This document shows, piece after piece, positions 28,519 to 38,680 of a stretch of DNA of 64,000 nt (within the stretch, counting starts at the first letter, position 1; every line of letters begins with the position of its first letter). The translations under genes were made by a program, and so were the position numbers. The notes beneath the pieces are model-generated. The model was not told the DNA's origin. It did not search any database and saw only the letters and a list, made by a program, of their open reading frames with translations. Source of the DNA: Desulfovirgula sp. (GTDB taxonomy: Bacteria; Bacillota; Desulfotomaculia; Desulfotomaculales; Nap2-2B); the NCBI GenBank assembly GCA_020725585.1, contig DYES01000072.1, forward strand, positions 921 through 64,920. The letters run 5' to 3'.

Positions 28519-29013
28519 ATGCGGCAATCCGGCGGTCAAAGCGGCTTTACTTTAATTGAGCTGGTAGTGGCCGTGTCGCTTTTTACCATAGTTATCGGGG
28601 CGGCTATCTCCTTATACCAACAGGGCGTGCTCGCCTGGCAGCGCGGGGAAAAAGGGGTGGATGTGCAAGAAAATCTGCGCCTCGGCCTTGACCGGATGAG
28701 CAGAGAACTGCGCACGGCGACCGTCCTTCGGGAAGCAAAAGCCAATTCAGTTAAGTTCGATACCGCCTATGCCAAAACCGTTCGCTATTATTACGATCCG
28801 GAAAAAGGACAGTTAATGCGCGAGGTTGACGGGGGCAGCAACCCGCTGGCAAGTTGCGTGACCGGTTTGTCACTTAAGTATTATAATCAAAATGGCGAAG
28901 AAATTAATGACCCTGGCGAAATTACTCTTGTATGCATCACCTTAGAAGGAAAAAAGGGAGATTTAAAGCCCTTAAAACTCACCACCTCGGTAAGAATACG
29001 CGCGCGCGAATAA
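28519..29013 (+). CDS. Minor pilin (PilW-like)
   Basis: SG|FTLIELVVAV; QENLR.GLDRMSRELR. Confidence 0.82.
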   Translation: MRQSGGQSGFTLIELVVAVSLFTIVIGAAISLYQQGVLAWQRGEKGVDVQENLRLGLDRMSRELRTATVLREAKANSVKFDTAYAKTVRYYYDPEKGQLMREVDGGSNPLASCVTGLSLKYYNQNGEEINDPGEITLVCITLEGKKGDLKPLKLTTSVRIRARE

Positions 29014-29028
29014 CGGGGTGCTTTAAAT

Positions 29029-30177
29029 TTGCGGGAGCGGAAAAAGAAGAATTTTCCAGAAGAGGGGCAGGCCCTGATCCTGGTGATGCTGGTGCTCCTC
29101 GTCCTGGCCCTGCTGGGCGCTGCTTCGTTAACGCTAACGAGTGCCCACGGCAGAACGGCGAGGTACCAGCGAGACCTCATGCAGGCGTACTACACCGCGG
29201 AAGCCGGCGTGGAAAGGGCGCTGATCAAAATACGCGAAAACCCTTCATGGTTTGCCGGGCTGCCGGAAAACAGCGAAGTTTTCTCCCGGGTGCCCTACGC
29301 GGGCGGCGAAATTAATGAGGTACGGCTTACCAAAACCTCGGCCGGCATCGCGACGCGGGCGGAGATAACTTCCGTCGGCAAATTTGGTACGGCGCAAAAA
29401 ACGCTCAAGGTGAGTGCGCTTGTGTTTGGTGTTTCTGACCTGCTCAAGGGGGCCAGCATCTTGTCTTTAGATCCTTTAGATCTTCGGATCACTGGAAATT
29501 TTACATTAAGCAGCGAACAGGGAAGCGGGGCGGGTGTATTTGTCATCCGGGGAAGTCTGGATCTCGGCGGCTCCAGCAGGGTAGAAGCCGACGTTTACGC
29601 ATCCGGAAACGTAACAGGGAGAGAAAAGATCACTGGCAATGTATACCCTTATTACCAGGCTATACCATCCTTCCCTGCAATAGATGAGGGGTACTATAGG
29701 AGCGAAGCCCAAAAAAGCGGTCAGTATTACCCGGGCAATGCCGATTTCAGTGACAAAGGACGTGGTCACCGCAGCGAAGAAATCGATAATTATAACGGAA
29801 TCTATTTTATCGATGGAACGTTCACGATTTCTGGCACGTACAGCGGAAAGGCAATTTTTGTAGCGAGAAGTATCGAAATCGATGGCGACCTGATAGCAAA
29901 TACACCCAATGACTTACTCACCCTTATTTCCTTTGGCGACGTGGACATAAAGAACCAAGAAGTAAATGCTTTAATCGTTGCGGCAGGCGCTTTCCGCGCC
30001 CAGGGAGGCGCCGAATTGCGCGGCGGTTTCCTGGCACGAGACATGGATGTTTCCGGTAATGTTCAAATTATCTGCAACCCGGCGCTGGCGGCGCAAAATC
30101 CGCCGCCGGGCTTTTCCTATGGTTCTGGCGGGGTAAAAATCGAGTCCTGGAAGGAACAATACCCCGTTGTTTCATAG
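29029..30177 (+). CDS. PilX-like minor pilin with beta-rich C-terminal domain
   Basis: EG|QALILVML (no Glu5), QAYYTAEAGVERA; Gly/Ser/Thr-rich C-terminal domain ending in IESWKE. Confidence 0.8.
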   Translation: MRERKKKNFPEEGQALILVMLVLLVLALLGAASLTLTSAHGRTARYQRDLMQAYYTAEAGVERALIKIRENPSWFAGLPENSEVFSRVPYAGGEINEVRLTKTSAGIATRAEITSVGKFGTAQKTLKVSALVFGVSDLLKGASILSLDPLDLRITGNFTLSSEQGSGAGVFVIRGSLDLGGSSRVEADVYASGNVTGREKITGNVYPYYQAIPSFPAIDEGYYRSEAQKSGQYYPGNADFSDKGRGHRSEEIDNYNGIYFIDGTFTISGTYSGKAIFVARSIEIDGDLIANTPNDLLTLISFGDVDIKNQEVNALIVAAGAFRAQGGAELRGGFLARDMDVSGNVQIICNPALAAQNPPPGFSYGSGGVKIESWKEQYPVVS

Positions 30178-30260
30178 CACCATTTTCAACCTCATGACGG
30201 CACCGTCAGAGGCGGTATGGACAGCCACCCGGCAGTCAGCGGAAGAGGAAGGGTATTTTC

Positions 30261-31331
30261 TTGCGGCTAAAAAAATTTGGGAAAAAAACATACGTAGCTG
30301 TGGATGTCGGCTCATTCGCGCTTAAGATATTGTGTCTTTCTTCTTTTAAAAAAGGCTTTTCTGTTGAAAATGCAGTCAGCCTCCCGGGTATACCCGATCT
30401 CAATTTAGACGGCCGGGGTTTAGAAAATTTTTCCCGGCTGCTTAAGGAAGCCGCGCAGGCCGCCGGTATTGAAAACGCGCAATTGATCACCGCCATCGGT
30501 CACCACAAAGTGATTACCCGCCATATTCTGGTTCCCCAAATGCCCCGCCGCGATCTGGAAAAGGCCATCAAATGGGAGGCGGAAAAGTACATCCCGCTGC
30601 CGGTTGACGAATTGATCATCCGCTACCTCGAACTGGGCACAAAGAAAATAGAAAACGCCGTCCAGATGCACCTTCTCCTGGCGGCCGTTCCCAGGCAGGT
30701 CGTTTACGGCTATTATGAAGCTTTCGCGCGCGCGGGCTTAACAATTGCGGCCATTGACCTCCACGCCCTGGCGCTGTGGCGGGTGTTCGGGGGGGTAATC
30801 GCGCCTGCGCCGGCGGAAGCTGCCTGCGGAGTGCTGGACATCGGTTTTACGAACACCCATTTTGTTGTCATCAGGCAAAAAGAACTTTGCTTTGTGCGTG
30901 CGTTTCCTGCCGGAAGCAGCCAGGCTGCGGCTCAAATCGAGCGCACCCTGGGGTTGAGCGAAAAAGAAGCCCGGCGGACAATCGAAGAAAAGGCGGGGTT
31001 TCTGTTGGAGGCCGCCGTCGCCGAAGATCTGGATGCGGTGCAGTACGACCTGCTTTTGCGGGAGAGCTTCTCCGGGCTGGTCACGGAAGTCCGCCGCTCC
31101 CTGGACTTTTACCGGCTCCAGGAAAGAGATTTACCTTTAGAAAAACTGATCATTACCGGAGGCGCCAGCAAAATAAAGGGGCTGGCCGGCTTTTTGAGCA
31201 GTGAGCTGGGCCTGCCGGTGGAGCCGGGATACCCCCTTTTGCCGGTGCAGGGAAAGCCGGGCCAGTTTGAGCCGCTGGACCCCTCCCTGGCGGTGGCGGC
31301 GGGGCTGGCCCTGCGGGAGGCAATCCGATGA
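30261..31331 (+). CDS. pilM: Type IV pilus assembly protein PilM
   Basis: Actin-like: VDVGS..LK, WEAEKYIP, LDIG...T, RRSLDFY, TGGASK, A.GLALR. Confidence 0.9.
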   Translation: MRLKKFGKKTYVAVDVGSFALKILCLSSFKKGFSVENAVSLPGIPDLNLDGRGLENFSRLLKEAAQAAGIENAQLITAIGHHKVITRHILVPQMPRRDLEKAIKWEAEKYIPLPVDELIIRYLELGTKKIENAVQMHLLLAAVPRQVVYGYYEAFARAGLTIAAIDLHALALWRVFGGVIAPAPAEAACGVLDIGFTNTHFVVIRQKELCFVRAFPAGSSQAAAQIERTLGLSEKEARRTIEEKAGFLLEAAVAEDLDAVQYDLLLRESFSGLVTEVRRSLDFYRLQERDLPLEKLIITGGASKIKGLAGFLSSELGLPVEPGYPLLPVQGKPGQFEPLDPSLAVAAGLALREAIR

Positions 31332-32044
31332 ACTACCGGATTGACCTGCTTCCCGAGGAACTCCAAAGCAAGCCGCCGGTAAACCTGCGCCGCCTCCTTT
31401 ACATAGCCCTGACAGTGCTTTTAACAGCGGGCCTTCTGGCCATCTACGGCCTCTTTCTCTGGGATTATTACCGGGTTTCTGGAGAGTTAGCAAGACTCAA
31501 CGAGAGATTGCCGCAAATCAAAAGGGAGACTGCCCGCCTGGAAGAGGTTAAAAGGCAGCGCCTGGACTTAGAAAAAAGGGCCGGAGAACTGGAAGCCCTT
31601 ATTCAGAACCGGCGCACCTGGCCCGGGATGCTGGCCGAAATCGCCAGGGCCGTACCAGGGGAAGTCTGGCTGACCAGTCTGCGGCTGGAAGAAGTTAAGG
31701 AAAAGCAGGCCTCCGCGGAGAAGAAACCCTCTGCGGGCCCTCTGCCTCAAGCGCAGTCCGACCAAACGCAAAAAAACCTGGAGCGGCTTACGCCGGAAGA
31801 AGGCAAGGAAACAAAAGCAGAAAGTACATCAACCGTCCCCGGCGTTCCAAATACTCTTTTTATCGAAGGGGCCAGCTATTCCGTACCGGCAGTGGGGATT
31901 TTTACTTACCGCCTTGGCCAGTTGCCTTATTTTTCGAAGGTTGTTTTGACCGACTTACATTCTGAGGAAAACAACGGCTACGTGGTGTTTACCGTGGTAG
32001 CTTCTTTAAAGGCAGGCGCGCCCAATGTGGAACAGGTTAAGTAA
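31328..32044 (+). CDS. pilN: Type IV pilus assembly protein PilN
   Basis: IDLLPEE (INLLP-type), one TM, coiled coil, P..VWLTSL. Confidence 0.85.
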   Translation: MNYRIDLLPEELQSKPPVNLRRLLYIALTVLLTAGLLAIYGLFLWDYYRVSGELARLNERLPQIKRETARLEEVKRQRLDLEKRAGELEALIQNRRTWPGMLAEIARAVPGEVWLTSLRLEEVKEKQASAEKKPSAGPLPQAQSDQTQKNLERLTPEEGKETKAESTSTVPGVPNTLFIEGASYSVPAVGIFTYRLGQLPYFSKVVLTDLHSEENNGYVVFTVVASLKAGAPNVEQVK

Positions 32045-32717
32045 CCGGGAGAAGATATTGCTTTCCATTACAGCCTTTGCAGCCTTTGCCTATGCCGCCT
32101 ACCATTTTCTCCTGGGCCCCCAGATCAAAGCCTATCAAGACAAAGCGGCCCGGCTGAAGGAAGCCCGGGCGATGTTCGCACACCTGGATGCGCAGGCAGG
32201 CGCCCTAAAGCTGGAGACTGCTGCACTGGAGCAGGCCCAGGCCCGTTTAAAAAAACTGCTCGATAAGTTTTCTACCCAGATGCAGGACGGCCTGTTTCTG
32301 GTGCAGTTTGGCCGGCAGGCCGAAAAAAACGGCGTCCAGATCCGGAAATTTAAACCTTTAGATCCGGTGGATTTCGGGTATATCTCAGTCCTGCCCGTAG
32401 AGATAGAATTGCGCGGCACGTACCCTTCGATAATTTCAGTAATCAATTATCTGGAAAATGTAGCTAACCTGACCGAGATAAGAAACTTAAAATTTCAGGC
32501 CGATACACAACAGACCACCAAAAGCAACCGGCAGGAAGCTGCCACCGTGGGTTCCGCCGTTTACGAAACTCAAGCCGCCCCCCTGCCGGAAACAATAACT
32601 GCCAGTATGTTGTTACTTATCTACTCCCAGCCTTCTCCGGAGGGCAGGATGCAGCTGGAAGAAATCAAGAAATGGAGCGCAGGGCGGCCAAATCCATTCA
32701 TCCCCCAAATAAGGTAA
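32025..32717 (+). CDS. pilO: Type IV pilus assembly protein PilO
   Basis: LSNREKILL, TM, coiled coil, PV.IEL.GTY.....YLEN, C-terminal GRPNPF. Confidence 0.83.
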   Translation: MWNRLSNREKILLSITAFAAFAYAAYHFLLGPQIKAYQDKAARLKEARAMFAHLDAQAGALKLETAALEQAQARLKKLLDKFSTQMQDGLFLVQFGRQAEKNGVQIRKFKPLDPVDFGYISVLPVEIELRGTYPSIISVINYLENVANLTEIRNLKFQADTQQTTKSNRQEAATVGSAVYETQAAPLPETITASMLLLIYSQPSPEGRMQLEEIKKWSAGRPNPFIPQIR

Positions 32718-32872
32718 GGGGAGACGCCGACCGGCGGCTTTATAAAGCCGGGGAAAAGGGAGCACAACCGGGCTGTTTGAATAACGAAAAAGTAGTAGTA
32801 AACCACTGTCTGGGAAAAAGGTGGATGAAAAAAGCTAAACACGGGCAGAATTTAAAAAAGGGGTGTTTTATT

Positions 32873-34318
32873 TTGACCGGCCGGAAATTTCCGAAGAATA
32901 TCCCAGATAGAGGGACCCTGAAAGAAGTGCTGGATCTCGCTCTGACCAACGGAGGGGATTTTGCCGACATTTTTATCGAGTTCAAGACGGCTACGGGAAT
33001 CGGGGCGGAAGGCAGAAAGATCGAGCGCGTGCACTCCGGAATCGACGCCGGCGCCGGGATCCGGGTGGTCGCCGGCGAAACCACGGCCTACGCCTACACC
33101 AACGACCTTACACCGCCGGGTTTAAAAGAGGTGGCGCGCACCGTCAGCCGGGCGGTTCAGGCCGGAAAAAAGGAGTACAACCTGGACATGCGCAGCGTAA
33201 AACCGGCGGTCGACTTTCATTTTGAGGAGAGGCCCGACGAGGTGGACACCGCGCGCAAGGCAGAAGCCGTGACCGCCGCCGACCGGGCGGCGCGGGAGGT
33301 GGACAGGAACCTGGTCAAGCAGGTGATCGTCACTTACGGGGATACTATTCAGCAGGTGATCATCGCCAACAGCGCCGGGGAATACGTAGAAGACGAGCGC
33401 ATCCGCACGCGCCTGACGGTCCACGCCGTCGCTGCCGAAAGTGAGGTCATCCAGACAGGGTACGAAGCTGCCGGCAGCCTGGCCGGATTCGATCTTTTGA
33501 AGCGCTGCCCGCCGGAAGAACTGGGGAAAATCGCGGGCACGCGGGCAGTCCAGATGCTCAAGGCCCAGCCCGCTCCGGCCGGGAGGATGCCCGTGATCAT
33601 GGCCGGGGAGGCGGGCGGCACGATGGTTCACGAGGCCTGCGGCCACGGCCTGGAAGCGGACCTGGCCCAGAAGAAGTTATCCGTTTACGCGGACAAGAAA
33701 GGGCAACAAGTCGCCTCCGAACAGGTTACGGTCATCGACGACGCCACCATGGAGGATCGTTACGGCTCCTACCGGTTTGACGACGAAGGTGTGCCGGCGC
33801 GAAAGGTAACTCTGATTGAGAACGGCATCCTTACCGATTACCTGTACGACCGCCTCGCGGCCGGAAAGGAAGAAAGAGAGTCTAACGGCCACGGACGGAG
33901 GGAGTCATACCAGCACAAGCCAATCCCCCGTATGGGCAACACATACATTGCTCCCGGAAAGATGGACCCGGAAAAAATCATCAGGGAAACAAAAAGGGGG
34001 CTGCTGGTAAAAAAGATGGGCGGCGGCCAGGTAAATACCACTAACGGAGACTTCGTTTTTGACGTGGCGGAAGGGTACCTAATTGAAGACGGCGAGGTGG
34101 GGCCAATGGTTCGCGGCGCCACTTTGACGGGCAACGGCCCCGAAGTGCTGAGGATGGTGGAAATGGTCGGACGGGACCTGGGCTTCGCGATCGGCACCTG
34201 CGGAAAAGACGGGCAGGGCGTGCCCGTGAGCGACGCGCAGCCTACCATGGCCATTAAGGAACTGGTTGTCGGCGGCACCGGCCACCCGCATTCCCAGGGG
34301 AAAATTCGCCGTTTATAA
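32873..34318 (+). CDS. tldD: TldD metalloprotease
   Basis: GGDFADIF.E, HEACGHGLEAD, DDEG, GHGRRESY, PRMGNTY, GTCGKDGQ.VPV..AQPT; TTG start behind AAGGGGTG (track start 32672 overextended). Confidence 0.93.
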   Translation: MTGRKFPKNIPDRGTLKEVLDLALTNGGDFADIFIEFKTATGIGAEGRKIERVHSGIDAGAGIRVVAGETTAYAYTNDLTPPGLKEVARTVSRAVQAGKKEYNLDMRSVKPAVDFHFEERPDEVDTARKAEAVTAADRAAREVDRNLVKQVIVTYGDTIQQVIIANSAGEYVEDERIRTRLTVHAVAAESEVIQTGYEAAGSLAGFDLLKRCPPEELGKIAGTRAVQMLKAQPAPAGRMPVIMAGEAGGTMVHEACGHGLEADLAQKKLSVYADKKGQQVASEQVTVIDDATMEDRYGSYRFDDEGVPARKVTLIENGILTDYLYDRLAAGKEERESNGHGRRESYQHKPIPRMGNTYIAPGKMDPEKIIRETKRGLLVKKMGGGQVNTTNGDFVFDVAEGYLIEDGEVGPMVRGATLTGNGPEVLRMVEMVGRDLGFAIGTCGKDGQGVPVSDAQPTMAIKELVVGGTGHPHSQGKIRRL

Positions 34319-34413
34319 ACACTTATCAAAAGCTTTAAAAAAAGGGGCGCCCAACTGGCAGTTTGGCGCCGGTCGACCGGACGTCGGTCAGGTTGGCCGG
34401 CCTTGTTTTTTAG

Positions 34414-34440
34414 CACAGATTTTTAGGGAAAGCATATTCT
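34414..34440 (+). promoter_or_regulatory. Putative sigma-K promoter
   Basis: CACA-15 nt-CATATTCT upstream of the YabG-like gene. Confidence 0.5.
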
Positions 34441-34469
34441 TAATTTAAAGGGCTGGAGGTGGCTTGCTG

Positions 34470-34682
34470 ATGAAAATTGGGGACATCGTGACGCGCCGTA
34501 TATACGGGGAGGATGTGCAATTTTGTATCCTGGGATTTTACACCAAACAAACCACGGGGGAGCGGGTGGCGATTCTGGCCATACTGGACCCTGCTTTAAT
34601 TGTGGAGGCTTCGGTGGATGAACTGGCGCCGGTTTCTCCGCGGGATTTGTTCGCCCTGACCACAAACCTGTATACCCATTAA
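34470..34682 (+). CDS. Small protein resembling the N-terminal domain of spore protease YabG
   Basis: MKIGDIVTRRIYGEDVQFCI...A.L...D..L...A..DEL resembles the YabG N-terminus; GGAGGT RBS. Confidence 0.65.
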   Translation: MKIGDIVTRRIYGEDVQFCILGFYTKQTTGERVAILAILDPALIVEASVDELAPVSPRDLFALTTNLYTH

Positions 34683-34781
34683 CAAAAAACATTTAAAACT
34701 TGCCAGGCCGTTAAAATTGCTGTTAAAATATCGACAAAATAGTTCGGATGAAATAACCGTCACTTATGATGAGGTGGCCAT

Positions 34782-35984
34782 TTGTTTCGTAAGCTTTTTG
34801 CTTTGCCCATTTTAGTCTTGGTTGCGTTTTTATTTGTCTTCCTCGGCGGCTGCCCGCCAAAAAATTTAATCACGCCACAAAAACGCGACTTCTCCCCTTC
34901 AAAACCGCGTCAGGTTTATGTAACCATTGCCGCCATGGGTGATTTTTTAATGCACATGCCGGTGGTGGATTCGGTAAAGAATCCCACTACAGGCCGTTTC
35001 GAATTTAGTCAACTTTTTTCTGAGGTTAAGGATTTAATTGCGGGCGCCGATTACAGCCTCGCCAACCTGGAAACCCCGCTGGCGGGGGCCGAACGCGGCT
35101 ACTCCGGTTATCCCAGGTTCAATTGCCCCGAAGATCTGGCCGGGGAGATGGGCAAGTGCGGCCTGGACATGTTTCTCACCGCCAACAACCACAGCCTGGA
35201 CAAAGGGGTGGAGGGTGTGATAGCCACCATTCGCCACCTTGAGGCCGCCGGCCTGGAACACGCAGGCACGTACACCAGCGCGGAAGAAAAAAAGAAGCCG
35301 TTTCTCAAAGACATCAAGGGTGTGCGGATAGGCATTTTAAATTACACCGATTCCACCAACGGTTTACCGGTGCCCCGGGACAAGCCTTACCTGGTAAACA
35401 TCGTCCGCCGCCCGGATATGCTGGAGGAAATCAATAAAATGCAGCAGGCCGGGGCGGACCTGATTATCGCCTGCCTCCATTTTGGCGTCGAATACAGCCG
35501 TTATCCGGACAATAAACAAAAAGAGCTTGTTGATTTCCTTTTTCACTCTGGAGTGGACGTTGTGCTGGGAAGCCACCCGCACGTGGTGCAATCCGTTCAA
35601 ATCCGGACGGAAGAAAAAAACGGGGCGCAAAAAAAGAAATTTGTGGCCTATTCCCTGGGGAACTTTATTTCCAACCAGCGCTGGCGCTATGCAGACAGTG
35701 GTTTATTGGTCAACTTGATAATTAAAAAGGACCTGGAAAGCGGGGAAACTGCCCTTGATGATGTGCAATTAATCCCCACGTGGGTGGATACCTACCGGGT
35801 AAACGGCCGGCAGCATTACCGCGTGCTGCGGGTAGACAAGGCCATTGCAAATTACGAAAGCAAAACAGATCCGCTGCTCACTGATGACGATTACCGGCGG
35901 TTAAAAGAGGTGGCCGAAGAACTGGGCCCCGCTTTTCTATTTTTAAACGATGGGGGGCCTGAAGAGGGACGGGCAACTGAATGA
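34782..35984 (+). CDS. CapA/PGA_cap-family metallophosphatase-like lipoprotein
   Basis: Lipobox-like LGGC; GDFLMH, NLET, ANNHSLD, HFGVEY, GSHPHV, YSLGNFIS. Confidence 0.88.
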   Translation: MFRKLFALPILVLVAFLFVFLGGCPPKNLITPQKRDFSPSKPRQVYVTIAAMGDFLMHMPVVDSVKNPTTGRFEFSQLFSEVKDLIAGADYSLANLETPLAGAERGYSGYPRFNCPEDLAGEMGKCGLDMFLTANNHSLDKGVEGVIATIRHLEAAGLEHAGTYTSAEEKKKPFLKDIKGVRIGILNYTDSTNGLPVPRDKPYLVNIVRRPDMLEEINKMQQAGADLIIACLHFGVEYSRYPDNKQKELVDFLFHSGVDVVLGSHPHVVQSVQIRTEEKNGAQKKKFVAYSLGNFISNQRWRYADSGLLVNLIIKKDLESGETALDDVQLIPTWVDTYRVNGRQHYRVLRVDKAIANYESKTDPLLTDDDYRRLKEVAEELGPAFLFLNDGGPEEGRATE

Positions 35985-36052
35985 GGCCAGCAAGAAAGCT
36001 GGCCTCATTCATCTGGGAGGTAAAACCGGGAGAGTCCGGTCAATGCATTTAC

Positions 36053-36682
36053 TTACTCGGCTTGTTCGGCAGCGGGCGGGCCGAAAGGCCTAAACCCTTT
36101 ATGTTGTGGCGCGTTCTGGATCTTCTGGATCAGCTCATCGGCCTTTTCCTGCGTGATCTTGCCGTCCTTCACCGCCTGTTGAATAGTCCCAATTCTTAGT
36201 TCTTTCATTTTCTGGTGCAGCTGTTCCATGGATATGCCCTGCTGCTGGGCGATGTCGTCAATTCTTTTCCCTTCTTTCAGCTGGGCTTCCAGTTCATCTT
36301 CGCTCATGCCCAGAGCCTGCGCCAGCAGTGCGGCGTTACCGCCCCTTGCCTGCTTGTGGCCGAAATGCTTGTGGCCGAAAAAGGGGCTGAAGAACCACTG
36401 GTCGTTTTGCAGTTTTTCTTTGATTTTCGCCGCCTGATCCGGTGTCATCTTACCCTGCTGGACGGCTTCGTCAACCATTTGCTGCTGCGTTTGTTTGATG
36501 GCTTCCGTTACCCTTTCTTTGTCCACCCCGAGGTTGGCTGCAAACTTGTCCAGGAAAGTCTGGAAGAACTGGGGAACCTTGTCCGTGTTCGCGTTGGGCG
36601 CGGCTTGCGCCAGGGCAATTCCCGCAAAGAGCGCGGTCAAAACTAGAGCAGCCAGGGTTGCCATTAAGATTTTTCTTTTCAA
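36053..36682 (-). CDS. Secreted helical-repeat protein (YckD/DUF2680-like)
   Basis: Signal peptide ..IALA; two repeats of AV..GK.T.EQA..I; TTG start at 36682 behind GGAGGAG. Confidence 0.7.
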   Translation of the reverse strand: MKRKILMATLAALVLTALFAGIALAQAAPNANTDKVPQFFQTFLDKFAANLGVDKERVTEAIKQTQQQMVDEAVQQGKMTPDQAAKIKEKLQNDQWFFSPFFGHKHFGHKQARGGNAALLAQALGMSEDELEAQLKEGKRIDDIAQQQGISMEQLHQKMKELRIGTIQQAVKDGKITQEKADELIQKIQNAPQHKGFRPFGPPAAEQAE

Positions 36683-36907
36683 GTGTACTCCTCCTTCCAA
36701 GGAATGTATCTTTTGTTTGGTGAAAATACAACTGCCGGTTGTGCTTTGGCACCACCTCCTGGGAATTAATGTTTGTGTGGGACATTTTCGGCACCCCTTG
36801 ATCTTAGTAAAGCAAAAACTTGTTGCAAATCTAAGGAGATTTTATGGTGGATTTGTTAAAGGTTAGTCAATAATTTTTGGACATTTTGATTCATGTTGAG
36901 GGTTTTT

Positions 36908-38680
36908 TTAAGCCGGCGCCAGCGGCAAGGTAAAGCTAAAGGTAGAGCCAATTCCCTCCCGGCTGCTCACCAGGACCTTTCCGCCGTGAATTTCCACAAT
37001 TTGCTTCACGATGGCCAGACCCAGGCCGGTTCCGCCCAAAGCGCGCGATCGTGATTTTTCGACCCGGTAAAAGCGCTCCCAGATATGCGGCAGGTCCTCT
37101 TCCGGGATGCCCGGGCCCTGGTCGGTGAAGCTTATTGTTACTTCTTCCCCGGAAAAAGAGGCCTGCATTTTGATCACCCCGCCGGGCGGGGAAAAACGGA
37201 TGGCATTTTGTAAAAGGTTAATCAAAACTTGCTCGATGCGCTCTTCGTTTGCCGGCAGGATGGGAGCGTCACGGGGTATTTTCTGCTCAATGCGCAGGTT
37301 CTTTTCTTCCAGTTGGGGCTTAAGTTTTAGCAAAACGCCGGCAAATAAATCGGGTATGTGGATGGGATTCAGGTCCCAGCTTATTTTGCCCGATTCCAGC
37401 CGCGCCAGGTCCAGCAGTTCGTTAATCAGGCGGCCCAGGCGCAGGCTTTCCTCGTGGATTACCTTTAAGTACTCTGCTTGAACTGTTCTGTCTATGGTTA
37501 CTTCATCGAGAAGGGCTTCGGTGAAGCCCTGGATGGAAGTAAGGGGGGTGCGTATTTCGTGGGAAACGTCCGCTATAAAGTCGCGGCGGAGCTGTTCCAG
37601 CTTCTTAGCTTCAGTAATGTCCTTAATCACCCCCACTGCCCCGTAGATAACCTGGTCCCTTCCCCGAAGGGGAGCCACCCGGGCGGAAAGGATAATTTTC
37701 CCGCCGGACAGGGTAAATTCTAAAGAACCCTGTTCCCCTGTCTCCATAACCTTCTTAAAAAGAGCTCCCAGAGGCTGACAACCCTCAAAACTCGCTAAAT
37801 CCTGGTCGAGAGCTTTTTTTTGTTCCAATCCAAGAAGGTATTCCGCCGCCGGGTTGAGAAGGGTCGTTTTCCCAGCTAGATCGGTGGCGATGACTCCCTC
37901 GGCCAGGTTGGAAAGAATGTTTTCGTTTTGCGTCTTTTCCCGGGAGAGCTTGTTGATCGTCTGCTCCAGCTCAACGCCCAGTTGGTTGAAGTTTTCGGCA
38001 AGCCTGCCTATTTCATCTTGGGAGGTTACCGGGATGTGTTGGCGGAAGTTTCCCCTGGCCATCTCCAGGGTAAGCGCACTCATTTGTTTTATGGGGCGGG
38101 ATATCGAGCGGGACAGGCAGTACGCCGGGATGAGCGCAAGGAGAATGGCAACCCCCGCTGAATACAAAATTAGCCTCTGGACGGCCGAGACGGTCGCCCG
38201 GATATCAGCCACGGGGGTGGAAAGGAGGATTGCCCCTGCAACCTGTTCCCTGTACGTGAAGGGGACCGCCGCCGTTAAAATCGTCTGGTTGGACCGCGGG
38301 ATCTGTCTTTGCCAGGTGATCGCCCGCCCCTGAAGGAGCTTCTGGCCGTCGGCCGGTTCCAGGGGAAGCGGGTGGAGGCCGGGGCCCGGATTCAGGGAGG
38401 AGTCCAAAACCTCCCTGCCGACGATCATGATCCGGGTGTCCTGCTGGGTGCGCAGGCTCCGGGCAGTTAAAAAATTGATCGTTTCTCTGTTTGCCTGCTC
38501 CCCCAGGGAAGCGCTAAAAAGGCCGGCAATCTCTTCCCCCTGGCTGACGAGCTCCTTTTCTTTGGTGTAAAAGTAAAAGGAGTTGAAGAGCCAGGACAGA
38601 ACCAGGCTGGTTACCACAAGGGTAACAAGGATGATTCCCGCAAAGGACACGAGCAGCCTGCTAAATAGGCTCTTGCCCAT
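36908..38680 (-). CDS. Sensor histidine kinase (2 TM, HAMP, PAS; ResE/WalK-like)
   Basis: DVSHEIRTPLT H-box, NLLQNA, DQGPGI, FYRV, GTGLGL. Confidence 0.93.
   Translation of the reverse strand: MGKSLFSRLLVSFAGIILVTLVVTSLVLSWLFNSFYFYTKEKELVSQGEEIAGLFSASLGEQANRETINFLTARSLRTQQDTRIMIVGREVLDSSLNPGPGLHPLPLEPADGQKLLQGRAITWQRQIPRSNQTILTAAVPFTYREQVAGAILLSTPVADIRATVSAVQRLILYSAGVAILLALIPAYCLSRSISRPIKQMSALTLEMARGNFRQHIPVTSQDEIGRLAENFNQLGVELEQTINKLSREKTQNENILSNLAEGVIATDLAGKTTLLNPAAEYLLGLEQKKALDQDLASFEGCQPLGALFKKVMETGEQGSLEFTLSGGKIILSARVAPLRGRDQVIYGAVGVIKDITEAKKLEQLRRDFIADVSHEIRTPLTSIQGFTEALLDEVTIDRTVQAEYLKVIHEESLRLGRLINELLDLARLESGKISWDLNPIHIPDLFAGVLLKLKPQLEEKNLRIEQKIPRDAPILPANEERIEQVLINLLQNAIRFSPPGGVIKMQASFSGEEVTISFTDQGPGIPEEDLPHIWERFYRVEKSRSRALGGTGLGLAIVKQIVEIHGGKVLVSSREGIGSTFSFTLPLAPA

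Noticed and set aside
30178..30260. Hairpins upstream of pilM (TGACGG/CCGTCA) as a second riboswitch
   Set aside because: Short, with no c-di-GMP-I/II or other recognisable aptamer core and no T-tract.
32718..32872. CGGCTTTATAAAGCCG palindrome and long TldD N-terminal extension
   Set aside because: A single palindrome with no further support; the extension has no TldD similarity and a better RBS precedes TTG 32873.
34345..34402. Cluster of GC-rich palindromes after tldD as a repeat element or ncRNA
   Set aside because: No second copy noticed in the window; most simply a terminator or pause region.
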